Shown piece by piece: positions 38,788-48,793 of a stretch of 64,000 nucleotides of DNA. The notes below the pieces were generated by a model. It was not told where the DNA came from and made no database searches. It saw only the letters and a program-made list of their open reading frames with translations. Numbering within the stretch: the first letter of the stretch is position 1; each line of letters opens with the position of its first letter. This stretch comes from Arenicellales bacterium (GTDB taxonomy: Bacteria; Pseudomonadota; Gammaproteobacteria; Arenicellales; JAJDZL01), in assembly GCA_965213865.1 (NCBI GenBank), contig OZ243928.1:2441003-2505002 (forward strand), read 5' to 3'. The position numbers and the translations under genes are program-made.

Positions 38788-40449
38788 CTAGTCCCGGCAA
38801 TAATCAGGAAACCAGATTTTCGCATCCACCATTTGCTCAACACTGCCTTCAACCTCGGTCTGATTCAAGCCTTGCTCCACAGCAGATGCCGCGACTGCGA
38901 TTGCGATATCGCGACTCAAGGCGCGCAGCTTTTCCAACGGCGGCAGCAAAGAGTGTCCGGGCTGATCAAGATCAGGCTCGGCATTGCCGATTACGCGGGC
39001 CACAGCGTGAAACATTTCGTCGGTCACGCGACTGGCATGCACTGCGATCAGACCCAGGCCGATACCCGGAAATGCGTAGGCGTTATTGCATTGCGCAATC
39101 TCATGCACCACACCATTGAAGTGAACTGGCTCAAACGGACTGCCAGTCGCTACAATCACCCTGCCATCGGTCCATTTGATCAGATCCGCCGGCACCGCCT
39201 CAGTTTTTGAAGTCGGGTTGGAGAGAGGGAAAATGCACGGCCGCTCGACATGGGCTGCCATCTCCTGCACAATACTTTGACTGAACATTCCGCCTTGCCC
39301 GGAAACGCCGATCAGCACATTGGGCTGCACATTGCGAACCACATCCTCAAGCTGATAGCCGCCTTGCCAGCCGCCGAGTTGAGATCGATCGCGGGCAAAG
39401 GGCATTTGGCTGTCCCGAATGCGCTCCGATTCAGTCCGGATCAGCCCGGCACTGTTCAGCATATAGACCCGCTCGCAAGCCGATGAGTAGTCCATACCCA
39501 GCTGTGTCATCGCAAATACACAGCCGGCAGCAATTCCGGTACCGGCCGCACCGGCGCCGACAATCACAATCTTCGATTCGGTCAGATGATTTCCCGCACT
39601 GCGGCAGGCCGCCATGAGGCAGCCTAAGGTCACGGCCGCCGTACCTTGAATGTCGTCATTGAAGCAGCACATCCTGTCGGCGTACTGATGCAGGAGCCGC
39701 TGCGAATTCAGCGCCCCAAAATCCTCAAACTGAATGACCGCATGCGGCCATTTGCGATGTATTTTTGTCAGAACAAGCTTGAGAAAATCATCGTATTCCT
39801 GACCTCGAACCCGCTCATGCCGCCAGCCGATATACAGATCATCATCTAGCAGATCAAGATTATTCGTGCCGGTATCCAGAACGATCGGCAGCGTGGCGGC
39901 GGGATGGATGCCGCCCAGCGCCGAATACAGGCATAATTTTCCGATGGGGATGCCCATGCCGCCGACTCCCTGATCACCGATACCCAAGATCGCCTCCCCA
40001 TCCGTAATCACGATCACCTCGATGTTTTTGCTCGTGACATTGTCGAGACTCTGATCGATGCAGCGTCTTTCTGGATAGTTCAAAAACAATCCTTGCGGCT
40101 TGCGAAAGATATCCGAAAACTGCTGGCAAGCCTCGCCGACTGTCGGCGTGTAGATGACCGGCAGCATTTCCGCGGCATGCTCAATGATCAGGCTGAAAAA
40201 CAGTGTCTCATTGACATTTTGCAGCTGACGCAGATAAATGTGCTTCTCAAGTGCAGAGTGCTTTTGCTGATAGGCTTGATAGGCGCGGGCCAAATGCTCG
40301 TCCATACCCTCATACGCTAGAGGCAGCAGACCGATCAAGCTTTTTTCAGCACGTTCGAGGCGCGTGAACGCAGTACCTTTATTCAGCTGAGGCAGCTCCA
40401 GAAGGACTCGCCCGACATGCAATTCTTGTGGTATGGTCAAATCCGGCAT
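38788..40449 (-). CDS. maeA: NAD-dependent malic enzyme
   Basis: 553 aa with LNKGTAFT..ER, VITDGEAILGIGDQG, FNDDIQGTAAV and VGAGAAGTGIA. Confidence 0.92.
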   Translation of the reverse strand: MPDLTIPQELHVGRVLLELPQLNKGTAFTRLERAEKSLIGLLPLAYEGMDEHLARAYQAYQQKHSALEKHIYLRQLQNVNETLFFSLIIEHAAEMLPVIYTPTVGEACQQFSDIFRKPQGLFLNYPERRCIDQSLDNVTSKNIEVIVITDGEAILGIGDQGVGGMGIPIGKLCLYSALGGIHPAATLPIVLDTGTNNLDLLDDDLYIGWRHERVRGQEYDDFLKLVLTKIHRKWPHAVIQFEDFGALNSQRLLHQYADRMCCFNDDIQGTAAVTLGCLMAACRSAGNHLTESKIVIVGAGAAGTGIAAGCVFAMTQLGMDYSSACERVYMLNSAGLIRTESERIRDSQMPFARDRSQLGGWQGGYQLEDVVRNVQPNVLIGVSGQGGMFSQSIVQEMAAHVERPCIFPLSNPTSKTEAVPADLIKWTDGRVIVATGSPFEPVHFNGVVHEIAQCNNAYAFPGIGLGLIAVHASRVTDEMFHAVARVIGNAEPDLDQPGHSLLPPLEKLRALSRDIAIAVAASAVEQGLNQTEVEGSVEQMVDAKIWFPDYCRD

Positions 40450-40461
40450 GGCAATTGCCTC

Positions 40462-40725
40462 CTACAGGCTGGGGTGACGATGAGATCGAATTTCGCTGAT
40501 CAGCTCGCGATACTGCTCCTGCGAGGTATTGACACCGCAGACAATCCAGCTGTTCAAATCCGCACTGCTGCATTCGACCAGCGAGCGGAACTGCTCCTGC
40601 TCGGCAGCAGGCAATTGATCATAGCGCCGCTCCAGATACCCGCCCAGCAGCTCTTCCAGCTCACGACTGCCTTGGCGGCAGCGCCAAGCGGTACGATTTC
40701 TAAGCTCACGAGCTGATATGCTCAT
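40462..40725 (-). CDS. sdhE: FAD assembly factor SdhE (YgfY/DUF339)
   Basis: 87 aa with WRCRQGSRELEELLGGYL...EQEQFRSLVECSSADLNSW. It lies immediately downstream of sdhB. Confidence 0.85.
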   Translation of the reverse strand: MSISARELRNRTAWRCRQGSRELEELLGGYLERRYDQLPAAEQEQFRSLVECSSADLNSWIVCGVNTSQEQYRELISEIRSHRHPSL

Positions 40726-40732
40726 CTGACTT

Positions 40733-41512
40733 TTACGCGCGTGTCGCCAAAAGTTTTTTAATCTCAGAAATCGCCTTGCCCGGATTGAGATGTTTCGGAC
40801 AGGTATTGGTACAATTCATAATCGTATGACAGCGATACAGGCGGAATGGATCCTGCAGCTCATCAAGGCGGTCACCGACTGCCTCGTCGCGGCTGTCAAC
40901 AATCCAGCGGTACGCTTGCAGCAGAATTGCCGGCCCCAGGTAGCGATCACTATTCCACCAGTAGCTTGGACAGCTCGTTGAGCAGCAGGCACACAGAATG
41001 CACTCATACAGGCCGTCGAGCTTCTCGCGCTCGTCGACGGACTGAAGATTCTCTCGACTCGCAGAGGGGATCGACCGCTGCTGCAGCCATGGCTTGATCG
41101 AAGTGTACTGGGCATAAAAGTGCGTCAAATCCGGCACCAGGTCCTTGATGACTGGCAGATGCGGCAATGGATAAATTTTGACGGTCGATCTAATATCAGC
41201 GATCGGCTTGATACAGGCCAGTGTATTGGTGCCGTCGATATTCATGGCGCATGAGCCGCAGATTCCCTCGCGACAGGAACGGCGAAATGTCAGAGTCGAA
41301 TCCACCTCATTCTTGATGGTGATAAGCGCATCAAGCACCATATGCCCTGTATCTTTCGCATTCAGCTCGTAGGTATCCATCGTCGGCGTGGCATTGTCAT
41401 CCGGGTTCCAGCGATAAATCTGAAAAACTTTGACACTCTCGCCGGCCTGTTTGGCAGGAAAGTGTCTGCCAGGCTTGATTTTTGAGTTTTTGGGGAGTGT
41501 GAATTGTGCCAC
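40733..41512 (-). CDS. sdhB: succinate dehydrogenase iron-sulfur subunit
   Basis: Three Cys clusters are present ([35 protein letters not shown]). Confidence 0.96.
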   Translation of the reverse strand: MAQFTLPKNSKIKPGRHFPAKQAGESVKVFQIYRWNPDDNATPTMDTYELNAKDTGHMVLDALITIKNEVDSTLTFRRSCREGICGSCAMNIDGTNTLACIKPIADIRSTVKIYPLPHLPVIKDLVPDLTHFYAQYTSIKPWLQQRSIPSASRENLQSVDEREKLDGLYECILCACCSTSCPSYWWNSDRYLGPAILLQAYRWIVDSRDEAVGDRLDELQDPFRLYRCHTIMNCTNTCPKHLNPGKAISEIKKLLATRA

Positions 41513-41546
41513 TTTGCGATGCTCCTGGTCGGCCCTTGCGCCTTCC

Positions 41547-43337
41547 TCAATAGACCCTTGCCTTCGGCGCGATGTAATCTACATCGTCTGTGAGTGTAAA
41601 CTGGTGGACTGGACGGTAATCCAGCGATGTCTCGCCCCGCTCGGAAAACCATGACAGGGTATGCTTCATCCAGTTCTCATCGTCGCGTTCGGTGAAATCT
41701 TCGCGCGCATGCGCTCCGCGGCTTTCCTTGCGGTTGGCAGCGGAAAAAATCGTGGTCAGCGCCTGGCGGACAAGATTGTCCAGCTCCAGCGCCTCGACCA
41801 AGTCAGTATTCCAGATCATAGACCGGTCATGAGTGCCGATATCTTCCATGGCATTCCACACTTGAAGCATTTTTTGCTTGCCTTCCTCAAGCAGCTCTTC
41901 GGTGCGGAAGACAGCACAGTGACTTTGCATAATGCGCTGCATGCTCAATCGGATTTGCGCTGTCGGAGTGGAACCATCCGCATAGCGCAGGCGATGAAAG
42001 CGCTCGATGGCCTCTTCCTCAATGTTTCGCGGCAGCGAGCGGCGACCTTCATTGCGGCTGACCAGGCCTTTAGCATGGATGGCGGCAGCGCGCCCGAACA
42101 CGACCAGATCCAGCAGCGAATTGGAGCCCAATCGATTCGCCCCATGGACTGAAACGCAGCCCGTCTCGCCGATTGCCATCAGGCCCGGAATGACAAAATT
42201 GTCATCATTGCCGCGCTTGGTGACGACTTCGGTGCGGTGGTTGGTTGGGATGCCGCCCATGTTGTAGTGCACCGTCGGCAATACGGGTATCGGTGTCGTT
42301 GTCGCGTCGACCCCGGCGAATATCTTTGCGGTCTCGGTAATCCCGGGAAGCCGCTCCTGAATAACTTCAGGACCAAGGTGCTCAAGATGCAGGTGAATAT
42401 AGTCGGCATCTGCGCCGACTCCGCGCCCAGCATTGATTTCCATGGTCATAGAGCGCGAGACAACATCTCGGGAAGCCAAGTCTTTGGCGTTAGGCGCATA
42501 GCGCTCCATAAACCGTTCCCCATCAGCGTTCGTCAGATAGCCGCCCTCACCGCGCGCGCCTTCCGTAATCAGGCAGCCTGAGCCGTATATTCCGGTTGGA
42601 TGAAACTGCACGAATTCCATATCCTGGAGCGGCAATCCAGCTCGCAGCGCCATGGCGTTGCCGTCGCCGGTACAGGTATGTGCTGAAGTGCAGGAAAAAT
42701 ACGCACGTCCATATCCGCCCGTTGCCAGAATGACAAGCTTGGCCTGAAACCGGTGCAGTGATCCATCCTCCAGGCACCAGGCAAGCACTCCGCGGCACTC
42801 ATCCCCGTCCATCAGCAGGTCCAGCGCGAAGTATTCGATGTAGAATTCCGCCCGATGCTTAAGGGCCTGCTGATACAAGGTATGCAAGATCGCATGACCG
42901 GTGCGGTCGGCGGCAGCACAGGTGCGCATCGCCTGCCCTTCTCCAAAATGGGTTGTCATACCGCCAAAAGCGCGCTGATAGATGCGGCCGTCTTCGGTTC
43001 TTGAAAACGGCACCCCATAATGTTCCAATTCAATCACTGCGTCAGGGGCTTCACGGCACAGGTATTCGATTGCATCCTGGTCACCCAGCCAGTCTGAGCC
43101 CTTGACGGTGTCGTACATGTGCCACCGCCAGTCGTCCTCACTCATATTGCCAAGTGCGGCGCTGATGCCGCCTTGCGCGGCGACCGTGTGGCTTCGGGTT
43201 GGAAACACCTTGGTGATGCAAGCCGTTGAGAGGTTCTCAAATGCGGCGCCGAAAGTTGCTCGCAGGCCCGCGCCCCCGGCGCCGACAACGACAACGTCGT
43301 AGTTGTGATCAACAAACTGATAAGAGCCAATACTCAT
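41547..43337 (-). CDS. sdhA: succinate dehydrogenase flavoprotein subunit
   Basis: 596 aa with [22 protein letters not shown] (the His for covalent FAD) and [13 protein letters not shown]. Confidence 0.97.
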   Translation of the reverse strand: MSIGSYQFVDHNYDVVVVGAGGAGLRATFGAAFENLSTACITKVFPTRSHTVAAQGGISAALGNMSEDDWRWHMYDTVKGSDWLGDQDAIEYLCREAPDAVIELEHYGVPFSRTEDGRIYQRAFGGMTTHFGEGQAMRTCAAADRTGHAILHTLYQQALKHRAEFYIEYFALDLLMDGDECRGVLAWCLEDGSLHRFQAKLVILATGGYGRAYFSCTSAHTCTGDGNAMALRAGLPLQDMEFVQFHPTGIYGSGCLITEGARGEGGYLTNADGERFMERYAPNAKDLASRDVVSRSMTMEINAGRGVGADADYIHLHLEHLGPEVIQERLPGITETAKIFAGVDATTTPIPVLPTVHYNMGGIPTNHRTEVVTKRGNDDNFVIPGLMAIGETGCVSVHGANRLGSNSLLDLVVFGRAAAIHAKGLVSRNEGRRSLPRNIEEEAIERFHRLRYADGSTPTAQIRLSMQRIMQSHCAVFRTEELLEEGKQKMLQVWNAMEDIGTHDRSMIWNTDLVEALELDNLVRQALTTIFSAANRKESRGAHAREDFTERDDENWMKHTLSWFSERGETSLDYRPVHQFTLTDDVDYIAPKARVY

Positions 43338-43346
43338 GAGGACAAT

Positions 43347-43748
43347 CTAACCGGCAAGCGTCAAGCGAAGGATGGCAATCACGCTGGACAGTACCAGCAA
43401 GACTGCAATGAACTTAATCGCCCAGATTGAGACAATCTTGACAGCCTCGTTGTGGACATAATCCTCAATCACAACCTGAACGCCCAAAACCGCATGGTAG
43501 AACAGGCAGAAGACAAACGCGATCATCAATGTTGAGGTCCAGGGGGACGCAATCCACGCATACAGATTTCCACTGCAGTCGCCAGCCAAGGCGGCAATCG
43601 CATAAACAAACCAGAGAGTCAGCGGGACCAGCGCGACTGCCGTCAGCCGCTGCCACCACCAGTGAGCGGTACCTTCCTGCGCGGAGCCCAAGCCGACCAC
43701 ACGCGCAAGCGGAGACTGATATCTGACTGGCTTAGCCACAGGCTGCAT
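43347..43748 (-). CDS. sdhD: succinate dehydrogenase membrane anchor subunit
   Basis: GSAQEGTAHWWWQRLTAVALVPL and three TM helices. The start is taken at MQPVAKP. The track start at 43757 is also possible. Confidence 0.85.
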   Translation of the reverse strand: MQPVAKPVRYQSPLARVVGLGSAQEGTAHWWWQRLTAVALVPLTLWFVYAIAALAGDCSGNLYAWIASPWTSTLMIAFVFCLFYHAVLGVQVVIEDYVHNEAVKIVSIWAIKFIAVLLVLSSVIAILRLTLAG

Positions 43749-44118
43749 ACCCCGCAATCCAAGTGATCACCGTCAGGACAGCTGCGCTTGCAAGCATGAT
43801 CCGGCCGCTTGTCCGCACCTGCTCAATGCGAAGTCCTTTGCCGACATCCCACAGCAAATGACGAATTCCATTGCACAAGTGATAGTAGAGTGTGAACGAC
43901 CATATAAACAGGAAAAACCGTCCTATTCCGCTGGCGAGAATCGCATAGACAGCATCTAGCATCTGTCGATCATACGCAAGCAGATTGAGCCAGATTGCAA
44001 TCAATACCGCACCGAGCGACAGTACAACCCCGGTGAGGCGATGCATAATCGAGAGAACAGAGGTAATCTGCGGGCGATAAACCTGCAGATGCGGTGATAA
44101 AGGTCGATTGGAATTCAT
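43732..44118 (-). CDS. sdhC: succinate dehydrogenase cytochrome b556 subunit
   Basis: MNSNRPLSPHLQVYRPQITSVLSIMHRLTG is a typical SdhC N-terminus. Confidence 0.93.
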   Translation of the reverse strand: MNSNRPLSPHLQVYRPQITSVLSIMHRLTGVVLSLGAVLIAIWLNLLAYDRQMLDAVYAILASGIGRFFLFIWSFTLYYHLCNGIRHLLWDVGKGLRIEQVRTSGRIMLASAAVLTVITWIAGYAACG

Positions 44119-44170
44119 CTAAACGAGACTGTGATTGAGTTTCATTGACATGAGCGCAACTTTCTGTGAA

Positions 44171-44371
44171 TCAAAAATCAATGCATCGGCCTGCCTTTTC
44201 CCAATCCCCGTAGCGAGTCGGGCTCAAGAGTTTTGCGGCATCGCCGTCCGGATGCGAGCTCTCTGAGGCAGCTTTCGCAGAATCGGCTCCATCCAGCTGA
44301 ATCTGCTTGCCAGCAGAATTCTCGGCATCTTCGCCAGGACGAGCTGCAGGGAAATCGATGTTTTTCTCCAT
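44171..44371 (-). CDS. DUF1674 (SDHAF4-like) small protein
   Basis: 66 aa, acidic and low-complexity, ending in the family-typical RYGDWEKAGRCIDF. It sits directly upstream of sdhC on the same strand. Confidence 0.65.
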   Translation of the reverse strand: MEKNIDFPAARPGEDAENSAGKQIQLDGADSAKAASESSHPDGDAAKLLSPTRYGDWEKAGRCIDF

Positions 44372-44710
44372 CTTCAGGTGATTTTTTCAGTGATGAGATA
44401 TGCTCTCGGCAAGCGTTTGCCTGGCACTCAATTGCGCAAACGCTCTCCAGCGACCAAAATTAAACTTCTGCGCTTTATTGTAATTCAATATTTACGCGAA
44501 CACTGATTGCGTGAGCAGATTTCACAACATATACGCAACAGACAAAACTTCACTGCGGCATGAAAAGAGCCGAGTATCGATTTGGACTTATTGACTCATG
44601 CCTTGCTCGAAAGCACTCAAATCATACGTTAACGGACTGCCCCCGCCGGCCAAAACCAGAGGATTCGCACTCGCCAGCCGAAGCTGAATGACAGTCCAGC
44701 AGAACATTAT

Positions 44711-44755
44711 ATTTTTAATTATTAAAAATTTATTTATATGTCATAATATGACATA
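44711..44755. promoter_or_regulatory. two adjacent perfect 19-bp palindromes in a very AT-rich spacer
   Basis: ATTTTTAAT-T-ATTAAAAAT (44711-44729) and TATGTCATA-A-TATGACATA (44737-44755). Each is a 9+1+9 perfect inverted repeat. They lie about 120-160 bp upstream of the Rpn-like gene. Confidence 0.5.
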
Positions 44756-44871
44756 CAAATAGAAATTAAATTTTATTTTCATGATTCTTTTTGATACAAT
44801 ATATCTTTCATTTTCCTGAACGCCGCGCTTCCAGCCCGCTTGCCAGGGAACAGGTCCGCAAGAGGCTAGCC

Positions 44872-45936
44872 ATGAAACAAAACACCACATCGCACATTCT
44901 CGAAAAAGCCAGCGCCCGCATCAATCACGACCGTACGCTGAGAGCGCACTTCGGCTCCAGCGACAAATACTGCGCCGAGTGCCTGTCGGTGTTCTTCGAT
45001 ACCGCCCAAGAGCCGTTTGTCAACCTTGAGCGCACCCGGCGCCTGCCGCTGGAGCACATTGATGCACAGCACCGAGAGCGGCGCACGGATCTGGCAGCGC
45101 AAACCGAGCTGCGTGAAACCAGCGAGCCGGTCGTGATCGTGTTCGTCACCGAGCACAAGAGCGACAGCAACAGCTTCGCAGCCGTGCGGCAACTGCTCGC
45201 GCAGATCGCGCGCCTGAGTGAAAGTCACCCCGACAAGCTCGTCACCGGCGGCATCTTATACAACGGCCCCGACCCCTGCTACCGCGGCCCGGAGAGCTAT
45301 CTCAATGAAAATCCGCTGGTGCGCCGCCTGAGCGAGCCCCAGCGCGCGTTTTTACGACCCTGCATGCTGGAGTTCAAGCCGTTTTTCGTCAACCTGCAAG
45401 ACACGCAGGTGCAGCGGCGCTTCGAAACCTTGAGTCCGGAGTCCAGAGCGACCTTGGTGGCCCTGACCGCGCCTTGGGAGCGGCGCGGCCCGCAGCGAGA
45501 GGCGCTGGTGCGCCGCATCATGAGCGCTCTGCGCCAGGTCGCCGACAGGCAAAAGCAGCTGTCACAGACTTGGGTTATTGTCCAGTACTTGCTAAAATAC
45601 TGGCCGGAATGCACGATCGATGCGATCATCGGCTTTGAGAAAGCGGCGCTGCCGCCGCAGGAGAGAATCATGGAGCAGTTTAAAGATGAGCTTGTCAATG
45701 GAATTCTTGATGTGGATGTAATCCAGGAAGCGATTCAAGAGCATGTCGAAGAGCTTGCTGCGGATTATGTGGAGGAGGGCGTCAAGCAAGGCATGCAGCA
45801 AGGCATGCAGCAAGGCGAAAAGCAGGCGCAGCACACGTTCGCTGAAAGATCGCTGGCCAAAGGGCTTGATGTGGCGACGATTGCGGAAATTACGGGACTT
45901 TCACACCGCGACATCCAGCAGATCAACGACAGGTAG
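44872..45936 (+). CDS. Rpn-family recombination-promoting nuclease / putative transposase (YhgA-like), long form
   Basis: RRTDLAAQT....VVIVFVTEHKS is followed by the C-terminal Rpn repeat tail GVKQGMQQGMQQGEKQAQHTFAERSLAKGLDVATIAEITGLSHRDIQQI. The start is the ATG at 44872. Confidence 0.72.
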   Translation: MKQNTTSHILEKASARINHDRTLRAHFGSSDKYCAECLSVFFDTAQEPFVNLERTRRLPLEHIDAQHRERRTDLAAQTELRETSEPVVIVFVTEHKSDSNSFAAVRQLLAQIARLSESHPDKLVTGGILYNGPDPCYRGPESYLNENPLVRRLSEPQRAFLRPCMLEFKPFFVNLQDTQVQRRFETLSPESRATLVALTAPWERRGPQREALVRRIMSALRQVADRQKQLSQTWVIVQYLLKYWPECTIDAIIGFEKAALPPQERIMEQFKDELVNGILDVDVIQEAIQEHVEELAADYVEEGVKQGMQQGMQQGEKQAQHTFAERSLAKGLDVATIAEITGLSHRDIQQINDR

Positions 45937-45941
45937 CATCA

Positions 45942-45970
45942 AAAGAGCCGACAGCAGGCTTTTCTGTTTT
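45942..45970 (+). terminator. possible weak intrinsic terminator after the Rpn-like gene
   Basis: AAAGAGCC-gacagca-GGCTTTT forms an imperfect stem of about 7 bp with one G-U pair. It is followed by CTGTTTT. Confidence 0.3.
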
Positions 45971-46319
45971 AGATTAGCTGATCGCACCCATTCATTATCG
46001 GTGCGGCTCTGAAGAAATGAGTTGAATCAGCCAGTCTCAGACTTTATTTTCTGCTCGTTTATCCAATTATTGGACGAGATCGCTTTCAGTGCCTTCGTTG
46101 AACAAAAGCAGATAAAACGAACTTATACTTTTGTCGAGATCTGAGCGCCGCATCCGGCGATATCGACCACTGAATCGCGCTGAATCTCGTTTAGTTCCTT
46201 TGATGAATGGACCGCCGACCGCGATGCAAGCTGAATGTTGCAGCAAGAAAGGCTGTCTTCAACAATCTCACGCTTGCCTTTAAGGATATGCCGTCATTCG
46301 CAGTCGTTCCGATACTCCA

Positions 46320-47234
46320 ATGAAATCATTTCAACTTGATCATCTCGGCACTGTCCGCGTCACCGGCGATGACGCAAAGTGTTTTTTGCAACGACAATTC
46401 ACCAGCAACATCGAAGAGATATCCAATACCAAGGCAAGCTTTGGCGCTTATCTGTCGGTAAAAGGCCGCATATTGGCGAATTTTCTGATCATACAAACGA
46501 GCTCAACCGATTATTCTTTGGTTATGCCAAAGGGCTTGATTGACACTTTCTCTCAGCGTCTGAAGATGTTCGTACTGCGCGACAAGGTCAGCATTGATCA
46601 GTTGCATGAATCCATAATTCACGGCTTTATAGAGTCGCATACGCCCGATGAGCTCAATATTGAGTTGCCCGCCGAGGACTTGGGCGTGTCAGTCTCGAAA
46701 AACGGCACTTGGATTCGAATGCCTGGCAAGAAAACACGTTATTTAGTCATCGCGGAGTTATCCGATATCGGCGCTGGCAGCAATGCCATTCATAAGACAA
46801 ACGAATGGTCAATTATGGATGCTGAGGCCGGAATTCCATGGATTAGCGAAAAAACAAGGGAACTGCTTGTGCCTCAAGCAGTGAATTTGGATTTGATCGG
46901 CGCTGTAAGTTTTACCAAAGGCTGTTATCCAGGACAGGAAATCGTAGCTCGCTTGCATTACCGGGGCGGTGTCAATCATCGGATGCTGCGGGCCACGAGT
47001 CCGATGGGGTCCGAGTCTGCAATCGGGACCCCAATCAAATGTGATGACCTGCCCGGCAATCAAACGGCAACAGTGATCGAATCCATTGAGCAGGCGGATG
47101 CCGATCGCAATCAGCTTCTTGTATCGCTGCCCTTGCGGTTTCTGGCTTCCAGCAGCTTTTCACTGCCAGATGAATGCAAGGTAGAATTGCTGATGGATGC
47201 TCTGCCCTATCGAATTCCTGAAATTAAGATATAA
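46320..47234 (+). CDS. ygfZ: folate-binding Fe-S cluster repair / tRNA-modifying protein YgfZ (CAF17 family)
   Basis: 304 aa, GcvT-like, with the signature KGCYPGQEIVAR. Confidence 0.88.
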   Translation: MKSFQLDHLGTVRVTGDDAKCFLQRQFTSNIEEISNTKASFGAYLSVKGRILANFLIIQTSSTDYSLVMPKGLIDTFSQRLKMFVLRDKVSIDQLHESIIHGFIESHTPDELNIELPAEDLGVSVSKNGTWIRMPGKKTRYLVIAELSDIGAGSNAIHKTNEWSIMDAEAGIPWISEKTRELLVPQAVNLDLIGAVSFTKGCYPGQEIVARLHYRGGVNHRMLRATSPMGSESAIGTPIKCDDLPGNQTATVIESIEQADADRNQLLVSLPLRFLASSSFSLPDECKVELLMDALPYRIPEIKI

Positions 47235-47354
47235 ATCTTTGAACTTGACCATGTAAATCACCGAATAGAACTCTGCATCACAACAACCTTGCAATACAGG
47301 ACAAGGCCGCGATACGGAAATTCAATTACGTCAATTCAACCAAATAGCTCACGA

Positions 47355-48683
47355 ATGGAACAAAGGCCTTTCCCCAAGCCTGAACGGATCAAGCCGTTTC
47401 CAGAGAAATCCTGGCTGCGGCGTACAGATCGTGCCGAATCCAGTCGTGAGCCATTCTTTTTCGGACGCGACGCCGAATATGAAATTTTTCGATCAGCTCT
47501 TGAGAGTTTGCGGGAGGGATTTGTAGGCGGCGGCAGCATGATTTATTTAGGAGCTCCCGGTGCCGGCAAATCCGCACTGAAGCGGGAATGCATAGAGACT
47601 GTCCGGCAACATTCAACACCTGAAGAAACTTGGGTTGCAGTGTCGATTGCCCCCTCGGATTTGAAGTCACCAGCCCATGTGATTTCGGCCTTGATTCACG
47701 CTGCTGATGAAGAAAGCAAGCGGCTCGACCAAATCGCACCCGATCAAGGTTCGCAAAAATTGAAAGATATGCTGAAACTTGGCAAACAAATGCTTGATGA
47801 GCTGTCAGCTAGAGGATTATCTGTCGCAGGTGTCTCGTTCGGCGGCAAAACATATGCGGAGAATTTATCGGATAAAAATATTTCAGCAGCGGAGATTTTT
47901 CGCGAAGCCGCTGCAATGTCCGAAAATATTCATTTCGTCGTTTTTGTCGATGAAGCTCAAACTGTGCCCGTTGGTGACATGACCACTGCGGTCATCCGCT
48001 GCCTGCATCACGATACACATGGAATTTCTTTGGTTGCGGCCTTTTTCGGACTGAGCAACGCACAGGAAATCTTGAGAAAATGTGGTTTATCAACGCGGCT
48101 CGGGCGTGGGCGTATTTGCAATCTGGAATCGCTTTCGATGAAAGAGGCAACCGGTTCATTTCAGTGCATGCTTGATGCCTACTATACCGGCGATACTGAG
48201 GATAAGAACCTGTGGGCGAGTGAGCTGGCAAAGCTGTCGCAAGGCTGGCCGCAGCACATCAACGCTATTGGTGTTGCAGCTGGGCTTGTGATTCGTGCAA
48301 ATGGCGGCAAGCTAGAATAGCATCTGCTGGAAAAAGCGCTGACAAAAGGGGCGGATCAGAAAAACGATTACTATGACCAAAGGCTCGGAGCAGGTTACCG
48401 CAACACCAAGCTTTATGTTGAACTGGCAGTCACTGCGGCAGCCGATGCTCATGGCGAGCTTGATATTGATGAACTGCAGGATATTGTCGCACTGGAATTG
48501 GAGCGAAACGGCATATCGTTTGATGACTTCCTGCATCAATCCTTGCTTGCCGGCGTACTTGCACCAGCCAAAGGACCGCTGAGACGATATAAATTCCCAA
48601 TCCCGTCGCTAAGAGACTATCTCTGCTCACAGTCGGCAGCCTCGAGCGAAACTCAATCGTCAGCTTCATATTCGGCATCGTGA
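47355..48683 (+). pseudogene. AAA_16/ATPase_2-like P-loop NTPase, paralog 2, interrupted by an in-frame TAG at 48318-48320
   Basis: It is colinear with paralog 1 (EPFFFGRDAEYEIFRSA, GAPGAGKSAL, VVFVDEAQT, LSQGWPQH). After the TAG the same frame continues HLLEKALTKGADQKNDYY...FPIPSLRDYL, matching paralog 1 HPLLEQALAEGANQKNEYY...FPIPSLGDYL. Confidence 0.8.
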
Positions 48684-48793
48684 CTGAAAAAGAATGGCTC
48701 ACGTCCGAATTCGGCACGATCGGTTTGATCAAGCCAAATGACCTCCTCAAACGGATTGGATGGTGAGGGTTTGGGAAAATATTCTTGATTCAT
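48653..48793 (-). pseudogene. inverted 46-codon N-terminal fragment of a third NTPase paralog
   Basis: The minus-strand ORF MNQEYFPKPSPSNPFEEVIWLDQTDRAEFGREPFFFSHDAEYEADD(stop) aligns with the paralog 2 N-terminus MEQRPFPKPERIKPFPEKSWLRRTDRAESSREPFFFGRDAEYE. Its 3' end overlaps the last codons of paralog 2 on the opposite strand. Confidence 0.7.

Noticed and set aside
27658-48683. The idea that the two Rpn-like nucleases and the two NTPase paralogs form paired two-gene systems.
   Set aside because: In both cases the genes are separated by unrelated housekeeping genes: yggX-recO-era-rnc-lepB in one case and ygfZ in the other. They are not co-oriented as an operon, so nothing in the sequence supports a functional link.
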